The notes below the pieces were generated by a model. That model had not been told where the DNA came from. It saw nothing but the letters and a program-made list of their open reading frames with translations, and did no database searches. A stretch of 64,000 bases of DNA from Candidatus Woesearchaeota archaeon (GTDB taxonomy: Archaea; Nanobdellota; Nanobdellia; Woesearchaeales; GW2011-AR4). The stretch spans positions 149,426 to 213,425 of the forward strand of contig JACOZN010000010.1 of the NCBI GenBank assembly GCA_016181305.1, read 5' to 3'. Made by a program: the position numbers and the translations under genes. Of the stretch, positions 37,858 through 47,503 are shown piece after piece (positions within the stretch are counted from its first letter, which is position 1; every line of letters starts with the position of its first letter).

Positions 37858-38832
37858 TTACCTTCCCTGCTTTGACTCTGTGCTTATGTATGATATCTGC
37901 GGCGCTTCCTGCGGAATTTTTTTGTTTTGCCTTATGGGGAAAGTAATCCTTATGAACCTTTTTTCCGCGCCGCCGACAGAGCCCTTAATGAGAATATAAT
38001 TTCCCCTAACAAGCCCGTAGTTTACAAAACCACCTTTAACATTTATCTCGTCAGATTTTATGCCCATCTTGAGTATCCACTTATTGTATTCTGTTCTCAG
38101 GTGATAACCCATTTTGCCCGCATGTGCGGTTCTCCACATTATATGCCCCTGCGCCCTCCATGCACCCAAAGTTGCGGGATTCCTCCTGCTTTTTTCGGAT
38201 TTGTGCTGCCTGAGCTGAACCCCAAACCTCCTGACAGGCCCCTGGAATCCCTTGCCTTTTGTCACAGAATGAATGTCAACAGACTGCCCTTCCGCAAAAA
38301 CCTCGCCTATGCCTATTTCCTTTCCGAGCTTTTCCTTTGCATAGGCAGCCTGCTGCTCCCTGCTGCCGCCGATTGCCACTTCAAAGATTTCCGGTATTTT
38401 TTTCCCTATGCCTGTAAGCTTCGGCTGCGTATGGCAGAGCATCCTTACAAAATCAAAGTCGCTTGCTTCCCTGCCTTTCTTTTTGTGCACAACTATTTTT
38501 CTCTCCAGTTCTTTTTCAAAAGAACCAGCAAACAACTCAGAAACAAGCGTTGCGCCGTTTTGTGTGTTTTTGTAAAATCTTATAGAAGCAGTTTTGATCG
38601 GGGGGCACTCGACAACAGTCACCGGGCAGAAAATATCTGCACCTTTTGTCATGGAATTCGGCGCGTTGTCGCTGATAAGCAGGTGTGTCATGCCTGCCTT
38701 GTATCCCGCGAACCCGAGCAGCTTTTGCTCGCTGCTTTTTGGCCATGTCCTTATCCTTGCGTGGCTATGCCTGGCTCTGACCCTGGGCCAAAACTGCATG
38801 CTTCCTGCTCTCGGTTTTCTTGTTCTTGGCAT
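37858..38832 (-). CDS. rpl3: 50S ribosomal protein uL3
   Basis: PR.GS..F.PR.R, F.GYKAGMTH, TKGKGFQGPV.RFG, G.MG.H.RTE.NK; start moved to 38832. Confidence 0.97.
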   Translation of the reverse strand: MPRTRKPRAGSMQFWPRVRARHSHARIRTWPKSSEQKLLGFAGYKAGMTHLLISDNAPNSMTKGADIFCPVTVVECPPIKTASIRFYKNTQNGATLVSELFAGSFEKELERKIVVHKKKGREASDFDFVRMLCHTQPKLTGIGKKIPEIFEVAIGGSREQQAAYAKEKLGKEIGIGEVFAEGQSVDIHSVTKGKGFQGPVRRFGVQLRQHKSEKSRRNPATLGAWRAQGHIMWRTAHAGKMGYHLRTEYNKWILKMGIKSDEINVKGGFVNYGLVRGNYILIKGSVGGAEKRFIRITFPIRQNKKIPQEAPQISYISTESKQGR

Positions 38833-39018
38833 TTTACCAAAGACTAGTATACCTATTGTCCTTTGATGCAAAATAAACCTTTTATTGACGGCCTTTGGTA
38901 GAAAACAGTCTGTAAAACTGTACTGAAAAGGCAATCTTTTCAGGCTTGTTTATGCTATGTGCCTGGGTTATCAGGCACACATTAAAGGGTTTTTCAGGAA
39001 TAGTGGGAGATTTATAAA
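38833..39018 (-). promoter_or_regulatory. Promoter and structured 5' leader of the rpl3 operon
   Basis: TTTATAAA 39011-39018; 8-bp stems at 38958-38979 and 38923-38943; TACCAAAG/CTTTGGTA helix (38835-38842 with 38893-38900) next to the start codon. Confidence 0.6.
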
Positions 39019-39065
39019 GGTTTTGGAATAATCAGCTTATTAAAGAGAAAAAGGATGTGGTAATT

Positions 39066-39833
39066 TTATTTTGAATAAGCCCTTTCAATGTCTTTTGCCA
39101 GCGCAGAACCAACCCAGACACCTACATCATATGCAGGATGAACTTCGCTGTCGTCAAGCAGCATGAATATTATCTCACTGCCGTCGACGATGCAGAACCT
39201 CGCCTTGTTGCCTGTGTTGATTACCTCGGCAAACTGGCTTATCTCTGCTGCTTTTTTTCTTGTTGACTGGCTGGGCTGCGTAAAAATCCTTATTTTTACA
39301 TTTTTATTTCCCAAGCTTTCCAGAATTGACCTGAAATTTTCAACAAAGGCTGTGAATTCTGTGCTGGTGGCTGATATTAATATGCTCTTCTTTGCTTTCT
39401 CCAGCATCTGCCTTGTGTGGTTGTGTATATTATACCTTCCTATGAGCGCTCCGCTTGTATCTGAAGAAGATAAGTATGATTTACCTTTTGTGTGCAGGCT
39501 GTTAAGCTCGCCGATAATCCTCGATTTTTTAATATTATCTATTTTTCCTGTCTCTCCGGCAGCGTTGCCCATGGTTTTTGATTTGATTGATTCTATTGCG
39601 GCTTGTGGTGGTGCGGCAACATACTTTAGTGGTTTTCCCCCCCTGGCAGCAACAAACCCCTTCTTTTCCAGAGACTCAAGAACGTCGTAGCTTCTGCTTC
39701 TTGGCACGTTGGCGATGCTGGAAAGCTCGCCTGCAGTTGAAATTTCCCTGCTGAGCAGGGCTGCCCAAATCTTAACTTCGTAGCTGTTCAGGCCCAGGTT
39801 TCTCAGTTGTTTTTCCGCTTTTAAGCTTAACAT
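39066..39833 (-). CDS. TrmB-family protein (copy 2)
   Basis: Same wHTH and C-terminal motifs as 3926-4744; start moved to ATG 39833, with a TATA-like box at about 39856-39863. Confidence 0.88.
   Translation of the reverse strand: MLSLKAEKQLRNLGLNSYEVKIWAALLSREISTAGELSSIANVPRSRSYDVLESLEKKGFVAARGGKPLKYVAAPPQAAIESIKSKTMGNAAGETGKIDNIKKSRIIGELNSLHTKGKSYLSSSDTSGALIGRYNIHNHTRQMLEKAKKSILISATSTEFTAFVENFRSILESLGNKNVKIRIFTQPSQSTRKKAAEISQFAEVINTGNKARFCIVDGSEIIFMLLDDSEVHPAYDVGVWVGSALAKDIERAYSK
39673..39779. repeat. Inverted partner of 3986-4092
   Basis: 101/107 identity by manual alignment. Confidence 0.85.
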
Positions 39834-39901
39834 TTTGTTTGGTATTATTATACACTTTAAAAACCTTTTTGTTTTTATCATTAGTTAGTAATAAATATAC
39901 A

Positions 39902-40101
39902 CCCCCACCCCTACACTTCTTATGGAAGTTATTTATTATTTTATCTTGTTTTTGTGTTTGTTTTGTTGTTTTCTATTTTTATTTTCTATATAGAAAAATA
40001 AAGAGTAAGTAATTTGAAAAAACACAAACACGTTTCCATACGAAATGATGGGGTAGCACTAATAAAGAAAATGTTTAAATACCTCCATTTCGTTTGGAAA
40101 A
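39902..40101. other. oriC: Candidate replication origin (oriC): three ORB-like boxes and an AT-rich DUE
   Basis: CTTCCATAAGAAGTGTAGGGGTGGGGG (-, 39902-39928); GTTTCCATACGAAATGATGGGGT (+, 40032-40054); TTTTCCAAACGAAATGGAGGT (-, 40081-40101); AT-rich 39930-40030; directly upstream of cdc6. Confidence 0.8.
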
Positions 40102-40103
40102 TA

Positions 40104-41309
40104 ATGGTTGAAAGGGGGTTGGACGGGTTCTTTGAGGTGTTTCTAAGGAAAAAAAGCGCCTTTTTTGACAAAAAAGCGCTACAATCATCTTATATTCCCG
40201 AAACAATCCCACACAGGGAAGAACAAATAAAACAAATAGCTAATATCCTCGCCCCATCTTTAAAAGGTGACAAAACATCCAACATACTCCTCTATGGAAA
40301 AACCGGCACAGGAAAGACGCTAACAATAAAATACACAACAAAAAAACTGATGGAGGTTGCCGAAAGGGAGAATATACCCTTAAAAATATTATATATTAAC
40401 TGCAAGCTGAAGAGGAGCACGGACACAGAATACAGGCTCATTGCCCAGCTTGCCAGGGAGCTTGGCAAAGCAATACCGCCAACAGGGTTGCCGACAGAGG
40501 AGGTTTACAGGGCATTTTTCAAAGCGCTCGGCAGGCAAAAACAAAACCATATAATAATACTTGATGAAATAGACCAGCTCGTGAGCAAGGCAGGGGACAA
40601 CGCCCTTTACAATCTCACAAGAATAAATGAAGACACAGAATCTCAAATATCCTTAGTAGGAATATCCAACGACATCATGTTTGTTGACAACCTTGATCCC
40701 AGAGTCAGGTCATCCCTTTCTGAAGAGGAAATTGTTTTCCCGCCGTACAATGCAGTACAGATACAGGCAATTCTCCGCCAGAGGGCTGAGCAGGCATTCA
40801 ACAAAGATGTTTTGGGCAACGGGGTTGTAGAGAAATGTGCGGCATACGCCGCAAGGGACCACGGAGATGCGAGGCGCGCCCTTGAGCTTCTAAGGGTTGC
40901 AGGAGAGATTGCCGGCAGGAAAAGCGCGGATAAAATAACAACAGAATTTGTGGACGAAGCGGAGCAAAAAATTGACAGGGACAGAATAATAGACGCTGTT
41001 GTGACGCAGCCAAAGCAGTACCATCTGGTGCTTTATTCAATAATCTCCCTCAGGCCCGGCAGGAAGGGAAATATATTCACCGGCGAGGTTTACGAGCTGT
41101 ACAAGTCGCTGTGCGGCAAGACTGGCACAAGTGTGCTGACACAGCGCAGGATTTCGGACATAATATCAGAGTTCGATATGATAGGTATAGTGAACGCAAA
41201 GGTGATATCAAAAGGAAGATACGGAAGGACAAGGGAAATATCACTTGAAATCCCAGAAGAGATACTCCCAAGGGTCAAAGCCATCCTTGAAGACACGATA
41301 AGGGTTTAA
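40104..41309 (+). CDS. cdc6: Orc1/Cdc6 replication initiator
   Basis: Y.P..IPHREEQI, GKTGTGKT, YINC, ILDEID, GDARRAL.LL, GR.GRT; start moved to ATG 40104. Confidence 0.96.
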   Translation: MVERGLDGFFEVFLRKKSAFFDKKALQSSYIPETIPHREEQIKQIANILAPSLKGDKTSNILLYGKTGTGKTLTIKYTTKKLMEVAERENIPLKILYINCKLKRSTDTEYRLIAQLARELGKAIPPTGLPTEEVYRAFFKALGRQKQNHIIILDEIDQLVSKAGDNALYNLTRINEDTESQISLVGISNDIMFVDNLDPRVRSSLSEEEIVFPPYNAVQIQAILRQRAEQAFNKDVLGNGVVEKCAAYAARDHGDARRALELLRVAGEIAGRKSADKITTEFVDEAEQKIDRDRIIDAVVTQPKQYHLVLYSIISLRPGRKGNIFTGEVYELYKSLCGKTGTSVLTQRRISDIISEFDMIGIVNAKVISKGRYGRTREISLEIPEEILPRVKAILEDTIRV

Positions 41310-41310
41310 G

Positions 41311-42801
41311 ATGCATGACGAGCCTCTCCAAAAAAAACGCGAAATAATCGGGATGTTCTTAAAGAGGGGAATGCTCGTGAGCCAGGAGATGCTTGACACA
41401 ATCAACGATGAAGAGCACATTTCCAGGATATTCAATGCGCTGAAGTCAAAACAAGCCGGCGAAGCGGCAGTCATAGACCTGGATTTGAAAAGGCTTGTGG
41501 ACGAGGCAAAAACACAGAAAAGCGCCGCAGAAACCCCGCAGCACAGCATAAAAGTTGTCCAGTCATACACTGAAGAGCCGAAGAAAAGGGAGCCCCAGGA
41601 TTTTGTTGACTATTTCAACAACAGGTACAAGGCAATAGAAAAAATACTGAAGCAGCGGCAGGAGCTTAAAGGCACGGTTTCCATCAACAAGATAGCGGGC
41701 AGGAAGGAAAAGGACAGCGCCGCAATCATTGGAATGGTAAGCGACAAGCAGGTTACAAAAAACGGCAACCTCCTGTTTTTGCTGGAAGACCCGACAGGCC
41801 GGAAAAAAGTTCTGGTGAACAAAAACAAGCCGGCGCTGTTTAACGAGGCGAAGGATATTGTCCTGGACGAGGTTATAGGTGTTGTAGGAGTAAGCGTTGA
41901 CACAATAATCTTTGCAAACAACATTATCTGGCCCGACATCCCGGCTGCAAAAGACATCAAAAAAGCAGAGCAGGAATCCTATGCGCTTTTTCTTTCAGAT
42001 TTGCATGTAGGCTCGGCAAAGTTTCTTCCAGATGATTTTGAGAAATTCCTCAAGTGGATAAACGGGAACATGGGAAACGAGCAGCAAAGGCACATAGCAA
42101 AAAACGTGAAATATATCTTCATTGCAGGGGACTTAGTTGACGGGTGCGGCATCTACCCCGAGCAGGACAAGGAGCTCATAACAAAAGACATCTACCAGCA
42201 ATACAGGGAATGTGCAGAGCTGCTCAAGCAAATACCGAGCCATATACCTTTGATAATATGCCCGGGCAACCATGACGCATTGCGGATATCCGAGCCCCAG
42301 CCTGCGCTGTCAAAAGAATTTGCAAGGCCAATGCATGAGCTCAACAATGCCATAATGGTCTCAAACCCATCTTTGATAAACATAAACTCTTACGAGAATT
42401 TCAATGGCTTTGATGTAATGATGTACCATGGGTATTCATTTGACTATTTTGTCGCTGAAGTGGACTCCCTGCGCAATCAGGGAGGATATGACAGGGCAGA
42501 CCTGATAATGAAATTCCTGCTGAAGAGAAGGCATCTTGCGCCGACGCACCTCTCGACATTGTATGCCCCCGACACAAAAAAAGACCCGTTAGTCATTGAG
42601 AGGGTACCGGATTTCTTTCTCAGCGGGCACATACACAAGACAGCAACAGCCAGCTACAGGAACACAACCCTGATCTGCGGAAGCTGCTGGCAGGGCAAGA
42701 CAATCTTCCAGGAAAGGGTTGGGCATAACCCTGAGCCGAGCAGGGTTCCGATTGTGAACCTGCAGACGCGGGACATAAAAATACTGAAATTCGGGCAGTA
42801 A
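41311..42801 (+). CDS. polD1: DNA polymerase D small (exonuclease) subunit DP1
   Basis: OB fold, SDLHVGS, AGDLVDG.GIYP.Q, PGNHDA, HG, GH.H. Confidence 0.96.
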   Translation: MHDEPLQKKREIIGMFLKRGMLVSQEMLDTINDEEHISRIFNALKSKQAGEAAVIDLDLKRLVDEAKTQKSAAETPQHSIKVVQSYTEEPKKREPQDFVDYFNNRYKAIEKILKQRQELKGTVSINKIAGRKEKDSAAIIGMVSDKQVTKNGNLLFLLEDPTGRKKVLVNKNKPALFNEAKDIVLDEVIGVVGVSVDTIIFANNIIWPDIPAAKDIKKAEQESYALFLSDLHVGSAKFLPDDFEKFLKWINGNMGNEQQRHIAKNVKYIFIAGDLVDGCGIYPEQDKELITKDIYQQYRECAELLKQIPSHIPLIICPGNHDALRISEPQPALSKEFARPMHELNNAIMVSNPSLININSYENFNGFDVMMYHGYSFDYFVAEVDSLRNQGGYDRADLIMKFLLKRRHLAPTHLSTLYAPDTKKDPLVIERVPDFFLSGHIHKTATASYRNTTLICGSCWQGKTIFQERVGHNPEPSRVPIVNLQTRDIKILKFGQ

Positions 42802-42802
42802 A

Positions 42803-45800
42803 ATGGCAAGCGAAGAAGAGTGCAAAAAGGAACTGGCAAAAAACATAGATTCTGCATATAAAGCCGCAAATCTTGCAAGGGCAAAAGGCTACGACCCTGA
42901 AACCACAGTCAACATACCCCTTGCAAAAAACATGGCAGAAAGGGTTGAGGGGCTGGTTAGCGTTGCAGTGCCCCAAATCATGAACTGCGGCATACCGAAA
43001 AGAATCAAAGAGCTTGAATCATCCTACGGAAAACTGGACTGGAGAGTCGCTATGACAATCGCGCTGGAAACAGCGCAGCAAAAATTCTGCAGGCTTGAGA
43101 CGCAAAAAGAGGCGATAGAGGCAGGCATAAGAATCGGGCTGGCTTACCTGACTCTTGGTGTTGTTGCGTCGCCGCTTGAGGGATTTGTAGGACTGAAAAT
43201 AAGAAAAAGGAAAGACGGCGGGGAGTATTTTGCTTTGATGTACTCCGGGCCGATAAGAAGCGCAGGCGGCACAGCAGGGGCGCTAAGCGTCGTCATTGCA
43301 GATTACATAAGAAAGCAAACAGGATACAGCACTTATGATCCCTCGGAAAAGGAAGTCAGGAGAATGGTGTCTGAGCTTTATGATTACCATGAAAGGGTCA
43401 CCAATCTGCAGTACCTGCCAAGCGAAAAGGAAATAAGGTTTCTTGTCAGCAACCTGCCTGTCCAGATAGACGGTGATGCGTCAGAAGACATAGAAGTCTC
43501 GAATTACAAGGACATCGACAGGATTGAGACAAACAGGATAAGGAGCGGGCCGTGCCTTGTTTTGGGGGAGTGCGTTGCGCAAAAAGCAGTCAAGGTATGG
43601 AGCCAGCTCAAGAAATGGAGCAGTGAATTCGGGCTCGGGCACTGGGAATTTCTCCAGGAATTTGTGCACCTGCAGAAGGAGATGAAGACAAAGGAAAAGC
43701 CAGCAAAAAAAGGAATTACCCCCGTCTATACATACATACAGGACCTTGTCGCAGGCAGGCCTGTGCTGACACATCCTCTTGCTTTTGGAGGTTTTAGATT
43801 AAGGTACGGAAGATGCAGGACCTCAGGATACTCAGCATCAGCAATCCATCCTGCGACAATGACAATCCTGAACAAGTACATTGCAATAGGCACCCAGCTC
43901 AAGGTTGAGAGGCCGGGCAAGGCTACGGCAGTTACAGCATGTGATTTTATAGAAGGGCCAATAATCAAGCTGAATGACGGCAGCGTGCTCAGAATTGATA
44001 CAGAGCAAAAGGCAAAGCAGTTTGTGAATTCTGTCAAAGAGATACTTTTTCTCGGAGACATCATGTTCAATTACGGTGATTTTTTCAACAGGGCGCACCA
44101 GCTTGCGCCTGCAGGCTATTGCGAGGAGTGGTGGTCGCTTGAGGCTGAAAAGGCTGTTGTGAACCTGTTCGGCTCTTTGGATTATTACAGGGCTTCGCAG
44201 CTTTCAGGGATAGCTCAGGAGCATATTGAACAGGTCATTGGAGATTATTTTTCTGTGAAGCCCGATGCAAAAACCGCAATTGCAATAAGCAAAGCATTTT
44301 CAATCCCGCTGCATCCCATGTTCACGTACCATTGGAGGGCTGTTTCAAGGGAGGAATTCCTCGAAATGCTGAAATGGCTCTTGTCTGCAAAGGCAGAGTT
44401 TGACGGGAGCGGCATAATCAAGCTTATACTGCCAAAAAATGAAGCCGGCAAGAGGGTGTTGGAGCTTGTTGGAATTCCACACCTTTATGTGAACAACGAA
44501 CTTACAATCATAGAAAAAGACGACGCAGCAGTACTGCAGGCTGTGCTGAAGCTTAGTGAAAAGAATTTTTATGAGCAGTACAAAAACACCCAGATAGAGG
44601 ATGTTCTCGACCTTATAAACAGTTTATCAGAGATAAAGCTGAGGGACAAGTCAGGCACATTCATAGGGGCCAGGATGGGCAGGCCTGAAAAGGCAAAGGT
44701 CAGGAAGCTTGACGGCGACCCCCACACATTGTTTCCTGTAGGCAAGGAAGGCGGCAAGATGCGCTCGTTCCAGAGCGCAATGGAGCACGGCTTTGTTGAC
44801 TCTGATTTTCCTGTATATTTCTGCAAAAACTGCAGCAGGGAAACTATTTTCAGCGTGTGCGGGCAATGCGACTCAAAGACAGCAGGATATTGCGGCGTTT
44901 GCGGCAAGCTTAAAGATGATTGCAATCATACAGGCACGATACAGCACAAGCAGCAGAGAATAGACATCAGGCATTATTTTGGAGAGGTGCTCAGGAAGCT
45001 CGGCATGCAGCAGTACCCAGACCTGATAAAAGGGGTGAGGGGCACCTCAAGCAAAAACCACATTCCTGAACATTTCGCAAAGGGCATTCTAAGGGCCAAG
45101 CACGACATTTCCGTAAACAAGGACGGCACAACAAGATATGACATGACCCAGCTGCCGATAACGCATTTCAAGCCGGGCGAAATAGGGACATCTGTAGAGG
45201 AGCTGAAGGAGCTTGGCTATGGGAAGGACGTGAACGGGATTGAACTGGCAAATGCGGAGCAGGTGCTTGAATTAAAGTTTCAGGACATCATACTGCCGAA
45301 ATGCGAGGATGCCCCTGAGCTTGGCGCAGACAAGATTCTGTACAAAGTAAGCCTGTTTATAGACGAGCTTTTAACTTCATTGTACGGCCAGGAAAAATTT
45401 TACAGGCTTAAATCTGAAAAAGACCTGACAGGGCAGCTTGTCGTGGCCTTGGCGCCGCATACATCGGCAGGCATTGTAGGAAGAATAATAGGGTTTTCAA
45501 GGACGCAGGGGTTTTACGCGCACCCATTGTTCCATGCAGCCACAAGAAGAGATTGTGACGGGGATGAGGCGTCTGTAACACTTTTGATGGATGCCCTGCT
45601 GAATTTCTCAAGGGAATTTCTTCCTGACTCAAGAGGCTCCACACAGGACGCTCCATTAGTCCTGACTTCAATACTCGTTCCGACAGAGGTTGACGACATG
45701 GCGTTTGACATGGATGTTGCAAAGAGGTACCCGGTTGAGTTTTACGAGGCAGCCCAAAACTATGAAATGCCGTGGAATGTGAAGGTGGACAGGCTTGCAG

Positions 45801-46300
45801 GGCTGCTGCATTCCGAAAAAACAGGAGGCATATTTTATACCCATCCTGTGTCAAGCATCAACATGGGCGTCAGGTGCTCATCCTATAAAACGATCCCCTC
45901 AATGGAGGACAAGCTGAAAGGGCAGATGGAACTGGCTGACAAGATAAGGGCTGTTGATGCAGCTGATGTAGCAAGATTAGTGATAGAGAAGCATTTGCTA
46001 AGGGACATCAAGGGAAACCTAAGGAAGTTCTCGCAGCAGCAGTTCAGGTGCAGCAAGTGCACTGAAAAATACAGAAGGCCGCCTTTGACCGGAAAATGCC
46101 TTGCGTGCGGAGGAAGGCTCATATTCACAGTCACGGAAGGCGCCATAGTCAAGTACTTAGAGCCGGCAATCTCTTTGTCTGAAAAATACAACCTGCCTCC
46201 TTACCTGAAACAAGTTTTATTATTGACAAAAGACAGGGTTGAAGGAGTTTTCGGAAGGGAAAAAGACAAGCAGGAAGGCCTAGGGAGATGGTTTGGGTAA
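42803..46300 (+). CDS. polC: DNA polymerase D large subunit DP2, no intein
   Basis: GPIRSAGGT, GGFRLRYGR, GTFIGARMGRPEK, HAATRRDCDGDE, C-terminal CxxC..CxxC; 1165 aa. Confidence 0.97.
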   Translation: MASEEECKKELAKNIDSAYKAANLARAKGYDPETTVNIPLAKNMAERVEGLVSVAVPQIMNCGIPKRIKELESSYGKLDWRVAMTIALETAQQKFCRLETQKEAIEAGIRIGLAYLTLGVVASPLEGFVGLKIRKRKDGGEYFALMYSGPIRSAGGTAGALSVVIADYIRKQTGYSTYDPSEKEVRRMVSELYDYHERVTNLQYLPSEKEIRFLVSNLPVQIDGDASEDIEVSNYKDIDRIETNRIRSGPCLVLGECVAQKAVKVWSQLKKWSSEFGLGHWEFLQEFVHLQKEMKTKEKPAKKGITPVYTYIQDLVAGRPVLTHPLAFGGFRLRYGRCRTSGYSASAIHPATMTILNKYIAIGTQLKVERPGKATAVTACDFIEGPIIKLNDGSVLRIDTEQKAKQFVNSVKEILFLGDIMFNYGDFFNRAHQLAPAGYCEEWWSLEAEKAVVNLFGSLDYYRASQLSGIAQEHIEQVIGDYFSVKPDAKTAIAISKAFSIPLHPMFTYHWRAVSREEFLEMLKWLLSAKAEFDGSGIIKLILPKNEAGKRVLELVGIPHLYVNNELTIIEKDDAAVLQAVLKLSEKNFYEQYKNTQIEDVLDLINSLSEIKLRDKSGTFIGARMGRPEKAKVRKLDGDPHTLFPVGKEGGKMRSFQSAMEHGFVDSDFPVYFCKNCSRETIFSVCGQCDSKTAGYCGVCGKLKDDCNHTGTIQHKQQRIDIRHYFGEVLRKLGMQQYPDLIKGVRGTSSKNHIPEHFAKGILRAKHDISVNKDGTTRYDMTQLPITHFKPGEIGTSVEELKELGYGKDVNGIELANAEQVLELKFQDIILPKCEDAPELGADKILYKVSLFIDELLTSLYGQEKFYRLKSEKDLTGQLVVALAPHTSAGIVGRIIGFSRTQGFYAHPLFHAATRRDCDGDEASVTLLMDALLNFSREFLPDSRGSTQDAPLVLTSILVPTEVDDMAFDMDVAKRYPVEFYEAAQNYEMPWNVKVDRLAGLLHSEKTGGIFYTHPVSSINMGVRCSSYKTIPSMEDKLKGQMELADKIRAVDAADVARLVIEKHLLRDIKGNLRKFSQQQFRCSKCTEKYRRPPLTGKCLACGGRLIFTVTEGAIVKYLEPAISLSEKYNLPPYLKQVLLLTKDRVEGVFGREKDKQEGLGRWFG

Positions 46301-46305
46301 GTTAA

Positions 46306-46878
46306 TTAATCATTTTGAATTCTAAGCCAATCCTTAATTAGTATCTTAAATCTCAATATCTCATCGTCGCTTAAATCGCAACTATGGGCAATTACATTTC
46401 TAATTTTATTTAATGGAGACAAAACTTCTTGTACAGATTTTTGACTTCTGAGTATGTTTGAGAAATCTGACCAATTTGCAGAGAAGATATCTATTAATTC
46501 ACCAAAGTTAGTGTAATCTAAAGGATCTTCTGATCTTATTGTCATAGCACTCTCACGTTCTTTTTTTTGTATATCAGATACATTATTTTTAATACTTGAA
46601 GGAATTTTAGTGTCCCACCAATTCTCACCATATTTTTCTGCAAGAATATCTCTGATTAATTTTCTGACACTATTCTCTAAACTAAAATACAGAACGTAAA
46701 AATCAGCCATTTTTTTCGCTTTTTTTAGTATGTCATATTCAAAAAGCTCTGTGTCAACCAACTCACCCTTTTTTAGAGTTTTGATGTGTCCCATATCTAT
46801 TCCATCTCTTTCTAATTTCTCCAATTCTTTTTCAAGGAGAAGATTTTTCATACCAAATAACATTAGCTTTTCTTCCAT
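46306..46878 (-). CDS. Swt1-like HEPN domain protein (putative RNase)
   Basis: Y...EN.VR..I...L....G.NWW, Y..F.EL..I...NW..F, RNVIAH (R-x4-H); AT-rich. Confidence 0.75.
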   Translation of the reverse strand: MEEKLMLFGMKNLLLEKELEKLERDGIDMGHIKTLKKGELVDTELFEYDILKKAKKMADFYVLYFSLENSVRKLIRDILAEKYGENWWDTKIPSSIKNNVSDIQKKERESAMTIRSEDPLDYTNFGELIDIFSANWSDFSNILRSQKSVQEVLSPLNKIRNVIAHSCDLSDDEILRFKILIKDWLRIQND

Positions 46879-46891
46879 TGTTATGTTCTCC

Positions 46892-47503
46892 TTATTTGAG
46901 AAGGTTTTCTTTTAGAGCTTTGAAGATTGAATTAAATACTTCTACATCATTGGTTGCAGGCAAATTAAGATTTATAGTGTACGATATTCCTAGTTTGGTT
47001 GGCATTGTTATTTGTGGTGCTTCTCCTGTAACTGTAGTTTCTGTTTGTTCTTCATTTGAAGTAGATTGAATTTCTCCATCAAAATCTGCCAACTTACATA
47101 ATTCTAAAAAAGTGGCAGCAACTTTTGGAATTGTTTTATCTTCTTTTGAAGCACCCAGAACAGAACAGAGCTTTGAGATAATCTCATCTTTTTTTAGTTT
47201 ATGAGCATATGTATGTGCAGTGTAAAGTTTGTGATATGCACTCTTAATCTGTTGCGCCATAATTGCTTTGGATTTGGAATCATCTCTGTATTCGGAATAA
47301 GCTTTTGTTGGAACATTAGCTTGGTCAATAAATACAATTCTTTTTAAGAACGGAATCATAGGGCGATAGCTACTTGATTTTAAACTCAACACAGTAGATA
47401 AAAAATCCTGTGTAAATTTTGGTGGGACGCTTGCTTCTTTTATTTTTGAAAACAATTCTTTTAATTGCCCATAGGCATCTACATAAGGTGGATACTCAAC
47501 CAT
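46892..47503 (-). CDS. DUF5343-like protein
   Basis: PY......L.....KI..A..P.KFT.DFL...L...S...R..IP.LK...FID pattern, recalled for DUF5343; start 47503 with GGGGGT SD; AT-rich. Confidence 0.7.
   Translation of the reverse strand: MVEYPPYVDAYGQLKELFSKIKEASVPPKFTQDFLSTVLSLKSSSYRPMIPFLKRIVFIDQANVPTKAYSEYRDDSKSKAIMAQQIKSAYHKLYTAHTYAHKLKKDEIISKLCSVLGASKEDKTIPKVAATFLELCKLADFDGEIQSTSNEEQTETTVTGEAPQITMPTKLGISYTINLNLPATNDVEVFNSIFKALKENLLK

Noticed and set aside
37927-38847. 306-aa plus-strand ORF (likewise 36586-37404 and many 60-200 aa antisense ORFs)
   Set aside because: Lie opposite rpl3, rpl4, rpl23, rpl2 and other conserved genes; no recognisable motifs.
39881-39890. ACTAAC similarity between the upstream regions of the two trmB copies
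   Set aside because: Only a 6-bp AT-rich match; not enough to claim a shared operator.
40014-40103. 30-aa N-terminal extension of Cdc6 in the ORF track
   Set aside because: Runs through ORB-like boxes and the TATA box; ATG 40104 fits the promoter spacing and family start.
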